The notes beneath the pieces were generated by a model. The model saw only the letters and a program-made list of their open reading frames with translations, was not told the origin of the DNA and ran no database searches. Positions 19,254 through 29,495 of a stretch of 64,000 bases of DNA are shown piece after piece. The stretch comes from Candidatus Marifrigoribacter sp. Uisw_064 (GTDB lineage: Bacteria > Bacteroidota > Bacteroidia > Flavobacteriales > Flavobacteriaceae), in contig NZ_CP159833.1 in assembly GCF_047730175.1 (NCBI RefSeq), positions 1,381,144 to 1,445,143 on the forward strand, written 5' to 3'. A program made the translations under genes and the position numbers. Position 1 is the first letter of the stretch. Every line of letters starts with the position of its first letter.

Positions 19254-19843
19254 GCGAGGTATCCAAATATTGCAATAAATGTAAATCCTAAGTATTGAAA
19301 GCTAGTAAACATTAACCCTTTGTGAAAATACAAAGGGACAGATATAATATCTCCAATAATCCAAAAAATCCAATTCTCTAATTTCCTTTTTGCCATTAAC
19401 CACATACCTACAAAAAAGATGGCGGTTGTTAGCGTATCTACATAGGCTAGCCAACTGGTCCATTTATCGAAAGCATTATAAACAATAAAGACGAAAAGTA
19501 AGGTGGAAAAAAAGATTCCGATTGAAATTTTCTTTTCTTTAGAATTTATACGGGTGATTGGAGTAGTTTGATCATTGGTTTTATGTGTCCAAATATACCA
19601 ACCATAGAGGCTCATGATAAAATAATACCCATTAATCATCATGTCTCCTAGTAATTCCCATTTCAGTAATAAATACACAAAAATTATAGTACTTAACATT
19701 CCTGTTGGGAATACGAAAATGTGATTCTTTTTTGAAAACCAAACCGATAAAAAACCAAAAAAAACAGCGACGATTTCTAATACAATATCCATCGTATTAT
19801 ACGTTGCATATTGTTCGAAAAGGAAATCAAAAATTTGATTCAT
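19214..19843 (-). CDS. pnuC: nicotinamide riboside transporter PnuC family
   Basis: 209 aa, seven TM helices. N-terminus VLEIVAVFFGFLSVW and WY(I)W motifs typical of PnuC. Confidence 0.8.
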   Translation of the reverse strand: MNQIFDFLFEQYATYNTMDIVLEIVAVFFGFLSVWFSKKNHIFVFPTGMLSTIIFVYLLLKWELLGDMMINGYYFIMSLYGWYIWTHKTNDQTTPITRINSKEKKISIGIFFSTLLFVFIVYNAFDKWTSWLAYVDTLTTAIFFVGMWLMAKRKLENWIFWIIGDIISVPLYFHKGLMFTSFQYLGFTFIAIFGYLAWKKHLNSSKVIA

Positions 19844-19863
19844 AATTTAAAAGGAATGTTTAA

Positions 19864-20553
19864 TTATCTTCTTCCCATAAACATACTGATAAAATAAAGT
19901 AAGGTTGCTAATGACCCTAAGGCCGCTACAACATAGGTTCTTGCCGCCCATTTTAAAGCATCTTCTGCGCCAGCATATTCTTGCTGAGTAACCATGTTAT
20001 TAGCTTCTAGCCAAACGAGTGCTCTTTTACTAGCATCAAACTCTACGGGAAGTGTAATGAAAGTAAATAAAGTTGTTACTGCAAATAGTATGATTCCTAT
20101 TAAAAATATACCATTTCCTATAGCAGACCCTGTAAAAGATAAGACTAATCCTGCCATAATGACAAAGTTCGACATCTTACTAGAAACCCCAACTGCTGGA
20201 ACAATCTTAGAACGTAATTGTAACCAAGAATACGCTGTTGCATGTTGTACAGCATGTCCACATTCGTGAGCAGCAACAGCAGCTGCAGCTGCATTTCTTT
20301 GAGAATATACTCCTTCACTTAAGTTTACTGTTTTGTTTGCTGGATTATAATGATCTGTAAGCATTCCTTTTACAGAAATCACCTTAACATCAGTAATGCC
20401 ATTGTCTGAGAGCATTCGCTCTGCTATTTCTTTTCCACTTAATCCATTTTGAAGATGAACTTGTGAGTACTTCTTAAACTTACTTTTAAGAGTATTACTC
20501 ACATACATACTCACTAAAAAAATGGCTCCTGCAATTATATAATATCCAATCAT
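19864..20553 (-). CDS. membrane zinc metallopeptidase (Zn_peptidase_2/YpfJ-like, HEXXH)
   Basis: HECGHAVQH zinc-binding motif with flanking TM segments. Confidence 0.75.
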   Translation of the reverse strand: MIGYYIIAGAIFLVSMYVSNTLKSKFKKYSQVHLQNGLSGKEIAERMLSDNGITDVKVISVKGMLTDHYNPANKTVNLSEGVYSQRNAAAAAVAAHECGHAVQHATAYSWLQLRSKIVPAVGVSSKMSNFVIMAGLVLSFTGSAIGNGIFLIGIILFAVTTLFTFITLPVEFDASKRALVWLEANNMVTQQEYAGAEDALKWAARTYVVAALGSLATLLYFISMFMGRR

Positions 20554-20601
20554 CGTTTTTATTATTTATGTAATTTATATCAAAATCTATGCAAAAACGG
20601 A

Positions 20602-23469
20602 TTAGCCTACAATATTGACAATTTTACCTGGAACTACGATTACTTTTTTAGGTGTTCTTCCCTCTAAATAATGAATTGTTTTTTCATGAGCCATCACTGC
20701 AGCTTCAATTTCATCTTTCGATAAACTTAAAGGCAAGTCTAATGTAAATCTCATTTTACCATTAAACGAAATCGGATATTTTTTAGCGTCTTCTACTAGA
20801 TGTTTTTTATCAAAAATTGGAAAATTAGCTGTCGAAATACTATCGTTATTTTCTAATTTACTCCATAGCTCTTCAGCGATATGAGGTGCGTATGGAGAAA
20901 GTAGCACCACTAAAGGTTCTAAAATTTCTTTTTGAGTACATTTTTGAACTGTAAGTTCATTTACAGCAATCATAAATGTAGAAACAGAGGTGTTAAATGA
21001 GAAATTCTCTATGTCTTCTGTTACTTTTTTAATGGTTTTATGTACTGTTTTTAAACTCTCTTTTGAAGCTGTTTCATTCGTTACATTAAATGATTCATCA
21101 GTTCCTGAATGAAATAAACGCCATGTTTTCTTTAAGAAGGAATGCACTCCTGTAATTCCAGCCATATTCCATGGTTTGGCTTGCTCTAAAGGGCCTAAAA
21201 ACATTTCGTACATACGTAGTGTATCCGCTCCATATTCTTCACAAATAAAATCTGGATTGACTACATTATATTTTGACTTAGACATTTTCTCAACTTCACG
21301 AGTGACTTTAAATGTACCATCATCTTCGGTGATGAATTCAGCATCTTTAAAATCTTTACGCCACTTTTTAAATGCTTCTATATCTAATTCATTTGAAAGA
21401 TTTACAAAAGAAACATCTGTATGAATAGGTTGAATATTTTTACCTTCAATTTTTGATTTAGAAACAAATTTATTTTCACCATCTATACGGTTTACAAAGG
21501 CACTTTCCCCCAAGATCATTCCTTGATTGATCAACTTTTTGAAAGGTTCATCAACATTAACAAACCCTCTGTCGTGTAAAAACTTCACCCAAAAGCGGCT
21601 GTATAATAAATGTCCTGTAGCATGTTCACTACCACCAATATATAAATCGACATTTCCCCAATAATTCATGGCTTCTTTTGAAGCAAACTCAGTTTCATTT
21701 TGGGCATCCATATATCTAAAGAAATACCAACTGGACCCAGCCCAACCTGGCATCGTATTCAGTTCTAATGGATAAATGCCTTTGGTGGTACTTAGGTTTT
21801 CATTGGATACAACTTCATTGGTATTGGTGTCCCAAGCCCATACATCGGCACGTCCTAAAGGTGGTTCTCCAGTTTCAGTTGGAAGGTATTTTTCTACCTC
21901 TGGTAAACGAATTGGAAGGTGGGCTGAATCAATCATTTGTGGCAGTCCATCTTTATAATACACTGGAAAAGGTTCTCCCCAATAACGTTGTCTAGAGAAT
22001 ACTGCATCACGTAAACGATAATTTATTTTTTTCTCACCCCAGCCTAATTTTTCAAGTTCAGAAATTACTTTTTCAGTAGCTTCTTTATATCCCAGGCCAT
22101 TAATAAAATCACTATTTGCAATAATTGTCGCTTCTTTGTTAGTATAAGCTTCTTCAGAAATATCAATTCCTTCAAAAATATTATTGATTGGAATATCAAA
22201 ATTCTTGGCAAAATCATAATCTCTTTGATCTCCACAAGGTACTGCCATTACAGCTCCAGTTCCATAGCCAGCTAACACATAATCTCCAATCCAAATAGGA
22301 ATAGGCTCTTTTGTAAAAGGATGCTTTGCATAAGCACCTGTAAAAACTCCAGAAATATTTTTCACATCAGCCATGCGTTCTCTTTCACTTTTTTTAGCAG
22401 TGGAAGAGATGTATTTTGAAACTTCAAAACGTTGTTCGAGGGTGGTAATTTTATCGACTAATTCATGTTCGGGAGCTAGCGTCATAAATGTTGCGCCAAA
22501 AATAGTATCTGGGCGTGTTGTAAATACATCGATTACAGCTCCATGTAATTTATCTTCTTTTGTAATTACTTTAAACTTAACGGAAGCACCAACAGATTTT
22601 CCAATCCAATTACGCTGTGTTTCTTTTAAAGATTCACTGCAATCGATAGTTTCAAGCCCACCTAATAATCGTTCAGCATATTCAGAAATACGCATGCTCC
22701 ATTGGGTCATTTTTTTGCGAACTACAGGAAATCCACCACGTTCTGAAACTCCATTTACAATCTCATCATTTGCTAATACGGTTCCTAATTGAGCACACCA
22801 ATTAACTTCGGTTTCCGCTAGGTAAGCCAAACGGTATTTAAGTAATATTTTTTCTTGTTTATCTTCTGAATATGAATTCCATTTTTCAGCAGTAAACTTG
22901 CTTATTTTCATTTCACAAGCAGCATTTACACCTATATTTCCTTCTTCCTCAAACATCTTTATTAATTCTGAAATCGGAAATGCTTTTTCATGACCTTTAC
23001 AGTACCAAGATTCAAATAATTGAATAAAAATCCATTGGGTCCATTTATAGTAATCTGGACTTGACGTTCTAACTTCACGACTCCAATCGAATGAAAAACC
23101 AATTCTATCTAGTTGTTCTCTATAGCGAGAAATGTTTGTCTCAGTCGTTTTTCGAGGATGTTGCCCAGTTTGAATTGCGTATTGTTCCGCAGGAAGCCCA
23201 AAGGAATCATATCCTTGAGGATGCAATACATTAAACCCTTGGTGTCTTTTATAACGAGCATAAATATCACTTGCGATATATCCTAAAGGATGTCCAACAT
23301 GTAATCCAGCTCCCGAAGGATAAGGAAACATATCCAAAATATAATATTTTGGTTTATCACTATTCCCTTCGACTCCGCTCAGGACAGGGTTTTCGGCTTT
23401 AAATGTTTGATTTTCTGCCCAATATTTTTGCCACTTTTGTTCTATATCGTTAAAATGATATTTGCTCAT
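20602..23469 (-). CDS. leuS: leucine--tRNA ligase
   Basis: HIGH motif (PYPSGAGLHVGHPLGY) and KMSKS. About 955 aa. ATG at 23469 (MSKYHFNDIEQKW) is preferred over the track's TTG at 23493. Confidence 0.92.
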   Translation of the reverse strand: MSKYHFNDIEQKWQKYWAENQTFKAENPVLSGVEGNSDKPKYYILDMFPYPSGAGLHVGHPLGYIASDIYARYKRHQGFNVLHPQGYDSFGLPAEQYAIQTGQHPRKTTETNISRYREQLDRIGFSFDWSREVRTSSPDYYKWTQWIFIQLFESWYCKGHEKAFPISELIKMFEEEGNIGVNAACEMKISKFTAEKWNSYSEDKQEKILLKYRLAYLAETEVNWCAQLGTVLANDEIVNGVSERGGFPVVRKKMTQWSMRISEYAERLLGGLETIDCSESLKETQRNWIGKSVGASVKFKVITKEDKLHGAVIDVFTTRPDTIFGATFMTLAPEHELVDKITTLEQRFEVSKYISSTAKKSERERMADVKNISGVFTGAYAKHPFTKEPIPIWIGDYVLAGYGTGAVMAVPCGDQRDYDFAKNFDIPINNIFEGIDISEEAYTNKEATIIANSDFINGLGYKEATEKVISELEKLGWGEKKINYRLRDAVFSRQRYWGEPFPVYYKDGLPQMIDSAHLPIRLPEVEKYLPTETGEPPLGRADVWAWDTNTNEVVSNENLSTTKGIYPLELNTMPGWAGSSWYFFRYMDAQNETEFASKEAMNYWGNVDLYIGGSEHATGHLLYSRFWVKFLHDRGFVNVDEPFKKLINQGMILGESAFVNRIDGENKFVSKSKIEGKNIQPIHTDVSFVNLSNELDIEAFKKWRKDFKDAEFITEDDGTFKVTREVEKMSKSKYNVVNPDFICEEYGADTLRMYEMFLGPLEQAKPWNMAGITGVHSFLKKTWRLFHSGTDESFNVTNETASKESLKTVHKTIKKVTEDIENFSFNTSVSTFMIAVNELTVQKCTQKEILEPLVVLLSPYAPHIAEELWSKLENNDSISTANFPIFDKKHLVEDAKKYPISFNGKMRFTLDLPLSLSKDEIEAAVMAHEKTIHYLEGRTPKKVIVVPGKIVNIVG

Positions 23470-23598
23470 GAGATTCTTTTCTGTAGAAGGCAAATTTAAA
23501 CTTATTATAACAAATTCGAAAATTTATACGTTGTAACTAATTATATGGTTTGTAGAATATTTCATTGTATTTTTACCACCTCAATTTAATTTTAAAAT

Positions 23599-24477
23599 AT
23601 GGCATCTTCTTTTGAAAAATACCAAAAACGCAGACTAATTTCCTCTTACTTTTCAGTGGTTTTAAGTATCTCTTTAGTGTTGTTTTTGTTAGGTTTATTA
23701 GGACTTTTGGTGTTGAATACGAAAAAAGTGGCAGACCATTTTAAAGAAAAGATTGCCTTAACAATTTATTTAAAAGATAGTGCCAAAGAAGTTGAAATTA
23801 CACAACTAAAACAAAGTTTAGCATTAGCGGAGTATACAAAATCAGCTGAATTTATTTCAAAAGAAGAAGCTGCCGAAGAACACGGTGAAACGATAGGCGA
23901 AAATTTTATGGAGTTTTTAGGGTATAACCCTTTACAAAATAGCATTGATGTTTATTTATTAGCAGATTATGTTTCTTCAGCTAAATTGGAAGAAATAACG
24001 AATGAAATCAGCACAAAAGACTTTGTTGAAGAAATCGTCTATGACAAACCTTTAATAGCATTATTAAATGATAATGTGAAAAAGATCAGTTTTTGGGTAT
24101 TAGTAATTAGTGCCATATTTACTTTAATAGCGGTGCTTTTAATAAATAGTTCGATTAGGCTTTCGGTATATGCAAAACGTTTTACGATAAAAACCATGCA
24201 AATGGTGGGCGCTACTAAAAAATTTATACGAAGACCTTTTATATGGAAAAGCGTACGTTTAGGAATATTAGGCTCCATATTAGCCATGATTGGAATGGCT
24301 GTTGTTTTGTATTTTCTTGATAAAAATTTTACGGAACTTCAATTAGTAGAAGATAAAGTTTTATTGACAGCATTGTTTGCTTTTATATTTTTGATGGGCG
24401 TTTTTATTACTTGGATAAGTACATTTTTCGCTACACAACGATTTTTGAATCTTAGAACCGATGAACTTTATTATTAA
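23599..24477 (+). CDS. ftsX: cell division protein FtsX-like permease
   Basis: 292 aa with four TM segments and an FtsX-like extracellular domain arrangement. Confidence 0.75.
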   Translation: MASSFEKYQKRRLISSYFSVVLSISLVLFLLGLLGLLVLNTKKVADHFKEKIALTIYLKDSAKEVEITQLKQSLALAEYTKSAEFISKEEAAEEHGETIGENFMEFLGYNPLQNSIDVYLLADYVSSAKLEEITNEISTKDFVEEIVYDKPLIALLNDNVKKISFWVLVISAIFTLIAVLLINSSIRLSVYAKRFTIKTMQMVGATKKFIRRPFIWKSVRLGILGSILAMIGMAVVLYFLDKNFTELQLVEDKVLLTALFAFIFLMGVFITWISTFFATQRFLNLRTDELYY

Positions 24478-24622
24478 TAATTAAAAATAAAAATTTACCT
24501 TGTGCCTGCCTAAATTGTAGGTTGCTACTTCAGAGTAAATGGCTCAGCTAACTGTAAATAATCAAGTAGTTTATATAGAGCTTTAGAAAAATTAAAAGAT
24601 ACCCGCCTTCGCAGGTAATATT

Positions 24623-24880
24623 ATGGGAGAACAAAAACGGAAAGAAGAAACGAAATTCGAGTTTATTTTTCAACGTAAAAACTATAGGTTTATGCTTATA
24701 GGTCTTGCTTTTATTGCCGTAGGTTTTATCCTTATGGCAGGAGGAGGAAGTGATGACCCCAATGTTTTTAATCCTGAAATCTATAGTTGGAGACGTATTC
24801 GATTAGCTCCAGCACTTATCTTAATAGGTTTTGGTATTGAAGTCTATGCTATATTATTAAATCCCAACAAAAAAAAATAA
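24623..24880 (+). CDS. DUF3098-family small membrane protein
   Basis: 85 aa with two TM helices. In Bacteroidota it typically sits immediately upstream of uppP. Confidence 0.6.
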   Translation: MGEQKRKEETKFEFIFQRKNYRFMLIGLAFIAVGFILMAGGGSDDPNVFNPEIYSWRRIRLAPALILIGFGIEVYAILLNPNKKK

Positions 24881-24886
24881 GCTATA

Positions 24887-25681
24887 ATGGATAGTATTGA
24901 AGCAATTATCCTTGGAATAATTCAGGGATTTACTGAATTTCTTCCCGTATCATCAAGTGGACATTTAGAAATTGGAAAAGCTATTTTAGGAGACACCTCT
25001 GTTCCTGAAGAAAGTCTTCTTTTTACTGTTGTTTTACATTTTGCAACCGCCTTAAGTACCTTAGTGGTTTTTAGAAAAGATGTCTGGGAACTTCTAAGCG
25101 GATTATTAAAGTTTAAATGGAATAGTGAAACGAAATTTTCTTTAAAAATCATTATTTCAATGCTTCCTGCTGTTATTATAGGCTTGTTATTTGAAGAACA
25201 ATTAGAAGCTTTTTTTGGAGGAAACATAGCTTTCGTTGGCGCTATGTTAATCGTAACTGCGGTCTTATTATTTCTTGCAGATCGTTCTAAAAATACAGGA
25301 AAAAAAGTTAGTTATAAAAATGCTTTTATAATAGGGATCTCTCAAGCAATAGCAATGTTACCTGGAATTTCTCGAAGTGGTGCAACTATTTCCACTTCTG
25401 TTTTATTAGGAAATGATAAAAGTAAAGCAGCTCGATTTTCTTTTTTGATGGTAGTCCCTTTAATCTTCGGAAAAATTGGAAAAGATATTATTGGAGGTGA
25501 ATTAACAACAGATGCAATCAACTTTTCAACCTTAGGCTTAGGATTTATAGCCGCATTTATAAGTGGATTAGTTGCCTGTACTTGGATGATTTCTCTTGTG
25601 AAAAAAAGCAAACTTATCTATTTTGCCATCTATTGTTTAGTGGTCGGTATTATCGCTATTTCAGTAGGACTATACAATTAA
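24887..25681 (+). CDS. uppP: undecaprenyl-diphosphate phosphatase
   Basis: GFTEFLPVSSSGHL and PGISRSGATIS motifs of BacA/UppP. Confidence 0.9.
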   Translation: MDSIEAIILGIIQGFTEFLPVSSSGHLEIGKAILGDTSVPEESLLFTVVLHFATALSTLVVFRKDVWELLSGLLKFKWNSETKFSLKIIISMLPAVIIGLLFEEQLEAFFGGNIAFVGAMLIVTAVLLFLADRSKNTGKKVSYKNAFIIGISQAIAMLPGISRSGATISTSVLLGNDKSKAARFSFLMVVPLIFGKIGKDIIGGELTTDAINFSTLGLGFIAAFISGLVACTWMISLVKKSKLIYFAIYCLVVGIIAISVGLYN

Positions 25682-25682
25682 A

Positions 25683-26375
25683 ATGAACTCAGTAGAAGCA
25701 TATAAAGAAGGTAAAGTTTTACTAATTGATAAGCCATTAAATTGGACTTCTTTTCAAGTGGTTAATAAATTGCGCTGGTTAATACGAATGCAATTCAAAC
25801 TTAAAAAAATTAAAGTAGGGCATGCAGGGACTTTAGATCCATTAGCGACGGGTTTATTGATTCTATGTACCGGAAAGTTTACTAAACAAATTGAAACCTA
25901 TCAAGCACAAGAAAAGGAATATACAGGCACCATCACTTTAGGTGCAACCACACCGAGTTATGATTTAGAATCTGAGATTGATCAGACTTTTGATACCTCT
26001 ACTATTACTTCCGAAGACATTCAAAATGCAAGACATCAATTTATTGGTGAAATTCAACAACAGCCTCCAATTTTTTCAGCTTTAAAAAAGGACGGAAAGC
26101 GACTGTATGAATATGCTAGAGCAGGTGAAGAAGTTGAAATTCCGAAGCGTACCATTACTATTTCAGAATTTGAAATCACAAATATTGATTTGCCAAATGT
26201 AGCATTTAGAGTAGTTTGTAGCAAAGGAACTTACATTCGATCTTTAGCACATGATTTTGGAATCGCTTTAAAAAATGGCGCACATCTTTCAGGTTTACGC
26301 AGAACTAAAATTGGTAAATATTCAGTTGATAACGCCATCTCTATTGAAGAATTTGAGGCTCAACTTAAAGAGTAA
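25683..26375 (+). CDS. truB: tRNA pseudouridine(55) synthase
   Basis: HAGTLDPLATGLL catalytic motif. 230 aa. Confidence 0.9.
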   Translation: MNSVEAYKEGKVLLIDKPLNWTSFQVVNKLRWLIRMQFKLKKIKVGHAGTLDPLATGLLILCTGKFTKQIETYQAQEKEYTGTITLGATTPSYDLESEIDQTFDTSTITSEDIQNARHQFIGEIQQQPPIFSALKKDGKRLYEYARAGEEVEIPKRTITISEFEITNIDLPNVAFRVVCSKGTYIRSLAHDFGIALKNGAHLSGLRRTKIGKYSVDNAISIEEFEAQLKE

Positions 26376-26376
26376 G

Positions 26377-27279
26377 CTATTCTTTTATTACTTTTTTAGT
26401 AAGTGTTTTACCCTCAGAAATGAACTTCAAAAAATAAATTCCGGCACCTAATTCAGAAAAATCAATACTCGTAGTATCACTTCGGAGAGTTACGTTTTTT
26501 AAGAGAACCCCTTGTAAATTATAAATTTGAATCGTTTCAATTTTAAAATTATCAATAGTATAATTCAATATACTTTTTACAGGGTTTGGATAAATTAAAA
26601 TGGTTTCTACCTCAAAATCATTGATTGAAAAATTACAATCATCACTATAAAAAGCATCATCGTCAATTTGCCATTGGGTTTGACTAGTAGCAAAATCAAT
26701 ATCATCGACTTCAATACACTCAAGAAAAGGGTTTTCGTAGGCAATAAAATTTTCAAGGATTAGATTAGTCCCGTTAGAGATATTTAAATCAGTTAAAGTG
26801 TTGGTATAACACCTCAATGATTCTAGTTGGGTATTTTGGGAGACATCAAGGCTTGAAAGACTGTTATTATAGATCCACAATATTTTTAAATTTACATTTT
26901 GAGACACATCTATACTGATTAATGGATTCGTTGAAAGATGCAACCATTCTAATTGAATATTTTGAGATAAATCCACAGTTTCAACAAAATTACCTCTGCT
27001 TTTCAGCACTTCTAGATTGCTAAAGCTTTGTATGCCTTCTAAAGAAACGATTTCATAATAAGAAACAATAAGACTTATGATAGCCTCTGCTTCGCTAACT
27101 TGAATTTCGCCATCACCATTGGTGTCAGCAAAACTATCACCTAATCCATTTCCTGAAGAATCAACAACAGGAAAATTTACCAAAGCATTTTTAAAATTTG
27201 CATCAGGAATGGTTACAATTTGAGCAGCTAAATTGTAGCTGCAAAGTAAAACTAGGATGATAAAAATGTTCTTTTTCAT
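26377..27279 (-). CDS. leucine-rich-repeat protein with T9SS C-terminal sorting domain
   Basis: Signal peptide. Repeated LxxLxVSQN LRR units. C-terminus …GIYFLKFISEGKTLTKKVIKE. Confidence 0.7.
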   Translation of the reverse strand: MKKNIFIILVLLCSYNLAAQIVTIPDANFKNALVNFPVVDSSGNGLGDSFADTNGDGEIQVSEAEAIISLIVSYYEIVSLEGIQSFSNLEVLKSRGNFVETVDLSQNIQLEWLHLSTNPLISIDVSQNVNLKILWIYNNSLSSLDVSQNTQLESLRCYTNTLTDLNISNGTNLILENFIAYENPFLECIEVDDIDFATSQTQWQIDDDAFYSDDCNFSINDFEVETILIYPNPVKSILNYTIDNFKIETIQIYNLQGVLLKNVTLRSDTTSIDFSELGAGIYFLKFISEGKTLTKKVIKE

Positions 27280-27367
27280 TGACTTAAAGATACAAATCTA
27301 ACTATCTTTTTATTATTTTTTTCTGAAGGATATTTAAGTCTTTCTATAAAAATAGTACATTGGGGCT

Positions 27368-28054
27368 ATGAACTTCAATTATTCATATAAAGCATTAGTC
27401 ATTTCAGCCCTTTTGGTTGGTAATTTAGTATTGCTGTTATATGGTATTAAACTTGGCAAGGAAAAGGCTCCTGTTATTGAAGAATATGAAATAGAAATCT
27501 CTGCTGAGGTCCTAGATATATTAGAAGAGGAATTATTGGAATCTTCATTAGAAAAGGTGGAAGTGACTACACATACTGCTTTTAATGAAGATGAAAAGTA
27601 TATTTCTGAATTAGAAAATGAACGATCAACCCCTGCTGAAAGTATCGATGATAAATTGTTAGCAATGGAAGAGGCCATTGAAAAATCGAAAGAAAAACCA
27701 GTAATTGAAGCGGAAATAATTTCAGAAAAACCGGAAAAAGAAATAAAAGAGGAAGCCATAAAAACTACAGAAGATAGAAATAGCACCAATAGCTTTCTAT
27801 TGGTTGGACGAAAGGCTATTGTGTTTCCAAATCCAATTTACATTTGCGATGGTTTTGGAAAAGTAGTGTTGAATATTGAGGTTAATGCTAAAGGAAAAGT
27901 GGTTAAAGCTTCTTTTAATAAAAAAACCTCAACCACTTTTAATCAATGTTTAATTGAAAGTGCAATAGAATACGCTAAACGTGCTCGTTTTACAAGCGAT
28001 TTAAGTAAAGCAAAACAATTGGGAACGATTAGGTATATTTTTCCAGGACAGTAA
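27368..28054 (+). CDS. membrane-anchored protein with acidic linker and TonB-C-like C-terminal domain
   Basis: N-terminal TM, Glu-rich low-complexity region, C-terminal ~80 aa resembling the TonB C-terminal fold. Confidence 0.4.
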   Translation: MNFNYSYKALVISALLVGNLVLLLYGIKLGKEKAPVIEEYEIEISAEVLDILEEELLESSLEKVEVTTHTAFNEDEKYISELENERSTPAESIDDKLLAMEEAIEKSKEKPVIEAEIISEKPEKEIKEEAIKTTEDRNSTNSFLLVGRKAIVFPNPIYICDGFGKVVLNIEVNAKGKVVKASFNKKTSTTFNQCLIESAIEYAKRARFTSDLSKAKQLGTIRYIFPGQ

Positions 28055-28059
28055 TTAAT

Positions 28060-28683
28060 TTAAATAAGTTCAGCTAAGTCTTCAAAAGTGCTTAGGCCTT
28101 TGTCTTTGTTATACCAAACCTGTAAATCTTTTTTAAACTCTGGAGTTAATTTACCATGTTCTTTTTTATAATTTACAACCATTTGAGTAGCGACTGTCGG
28201 TCTTGGACCCCAAAGACCAATGACTTCATTCTTGTTTTTATCGAATGCTATTAATTTAGGAATAGCCATAGCGCCATTCGTTAAAAAGGCGTCCATTAAT
28301 TCTGGATTTTCATCTCGGGAAATCATCTTTAAATCGATCCCTGTATTAAGCTCAGCAAGCTTATTGATTATTGGAAGGTTTTGTGCAGCATCACCACACC
28401 AACTTTCTGTAATGACTAACCAAGTAACCTCACCTGTATACTCTCTATATATTTTTTCTAATGATTCTGAAACCTTTGTGGTTTTATCTAATCGTTTCAT
28501 TCGAGAATGATTCAATAAGGTATAATTACTAAGTTCTTCAGATTGATTAGGTCCAGTACTAGTTCCTTTTTCAACATGTTGCGCAACTAACTCTCTATAT
28601 TCTTGGTAATTTATTCCTTTTGAAATGTTTTCTTTAACTAAAGAAGTAACATCATTTTGTAATGTGTCTGTATTATTTTCCAT
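28060..28683 (-). CDS. thioredoxin-fold family protein
   Basis: 207 aa with WLVITESWCGDAAQ redox-like motif and a thioredoxin-like fold pattern. Confidence 0.55.
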   Translation of the reverse strand: MENNTDTLQNDVTSLVKENISKGINYQEYRELVAQHVEKGTSTGPNQSEELSNYTLLNHSRMKRLDKTTKVSESLEKIYREYTGEVTWLVITESWCGDAAQNLPIINKLAELNTGIDLKMISRDENPELMDAFLTNGAMAIPKLIAFDKNKNEVIGLWGPRPTVATQMVVNYKKEHGKLTPEFKKDLQVWYNKDKGLSTFEDLAELI

Positions 28684-28839
28684 AGCAATTAAGACGTAGT
28701 ATTTGTAAAAAACTTACTACTTTAGATTATTCTACAAATTTACAAAACATTCGTGATTATAGATTTAATTGCAAAAAAGATGTTGGTAAGGATGTTCTTT
28801 GTGACAGATAAAAAACAATATATAAAAACACAAAAAAGA

Positions 28840-29406
28840 ATGGAAAAAAAACGATGTTCTTGGTGCGAAAAAGACCCTATATATATCGCTTATCATGATG
28901 AAGAATGGGGAGATCCAGTTTATGATGATGATACTTTATTTGAGTTTCTAATTTTAGAGACTTTTCAAGCAGGATTAAGTTGGATTACAGTATTAAAAAA
29001 ACGCGAGAATTTTAGAAAGGCATTCGATCAATTCGATTATCAAAAAATAGCAAAATACAGCCAAGAAAAAATGGAAACTCTACAACAAGATGCAGGAATT
29101 ATTCGGAATAAGCTCAAAATAAAAGCAGCGGTATCTAACGCACAAGCCTTTATAGAAATACAAAAAGAATTTGGAAGTTTTAGCAAGTACATTTGGAGAT
29201 TTGTAGCGGGTAAACCAATCGTAAATACTTTTAAAAACCGTTCAGAAATGCCAGCGAATACTCCATTAAGTGATGTAATAAGTAAAGATTTGAAAAAACG
29301 CGGATTTAAATTTGTTGGGAGCACTATTATTTACGCTTATATGCAAGCAACAGGAATAGTGAATGATCATGCGCATGATTGTTTTAGGCATAAGGAGTTA
29401 TCCTAA
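28840..29406 (+). CDS. tag: DNA-3-methyladenine glycosylase I
   Basis: RCSWC…YHDEEWGDPVYDD…ETFQAGLSW are Tag motifs. ATG at 28840 is preferred over the track's GTG at 28753. Confidence 0.85.
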   Translation: MEKKRCSWCEKDPIYIAYHDEEWGDPVYDDDTLFEFLILETFQAGLSWITVLKKRENFRKAFDQFDYQKIAKYSQEKMETLQQDAGIIRNKLKIKAAVSNAQAFIEIQKEFGSFSKYIWRFVAGKPIVNTFKNRSEMPANTPLSDVISKDLKKRGFKFVGSTIIYAYMQATGIVNDHAHDCFRHKELS

Positions 29407-29495
29407 GTTTTAAAGGAAATATTTTCGAATAATTCTCACTAAAAAACAATGATACCTATTGAGAACATGTATTTTTGTTGTAAACAATATTTGCC

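Noticed and set aside
21176-22792. Plus-strand ORFs 21176..21424, 21768..21995, 21776..21958, 22373..22792
   Set aside because: They lie entirely antisense inside leuS with no independent signals. Spurious.
24481-24622. Possible structured RNA (SRP/6S) between ftsX and the DUF3098 gene
   Set aside because: No match to remembered SRP (GGAAGCAGCC) or RNase P core motifs. Most likely just a promoter region.
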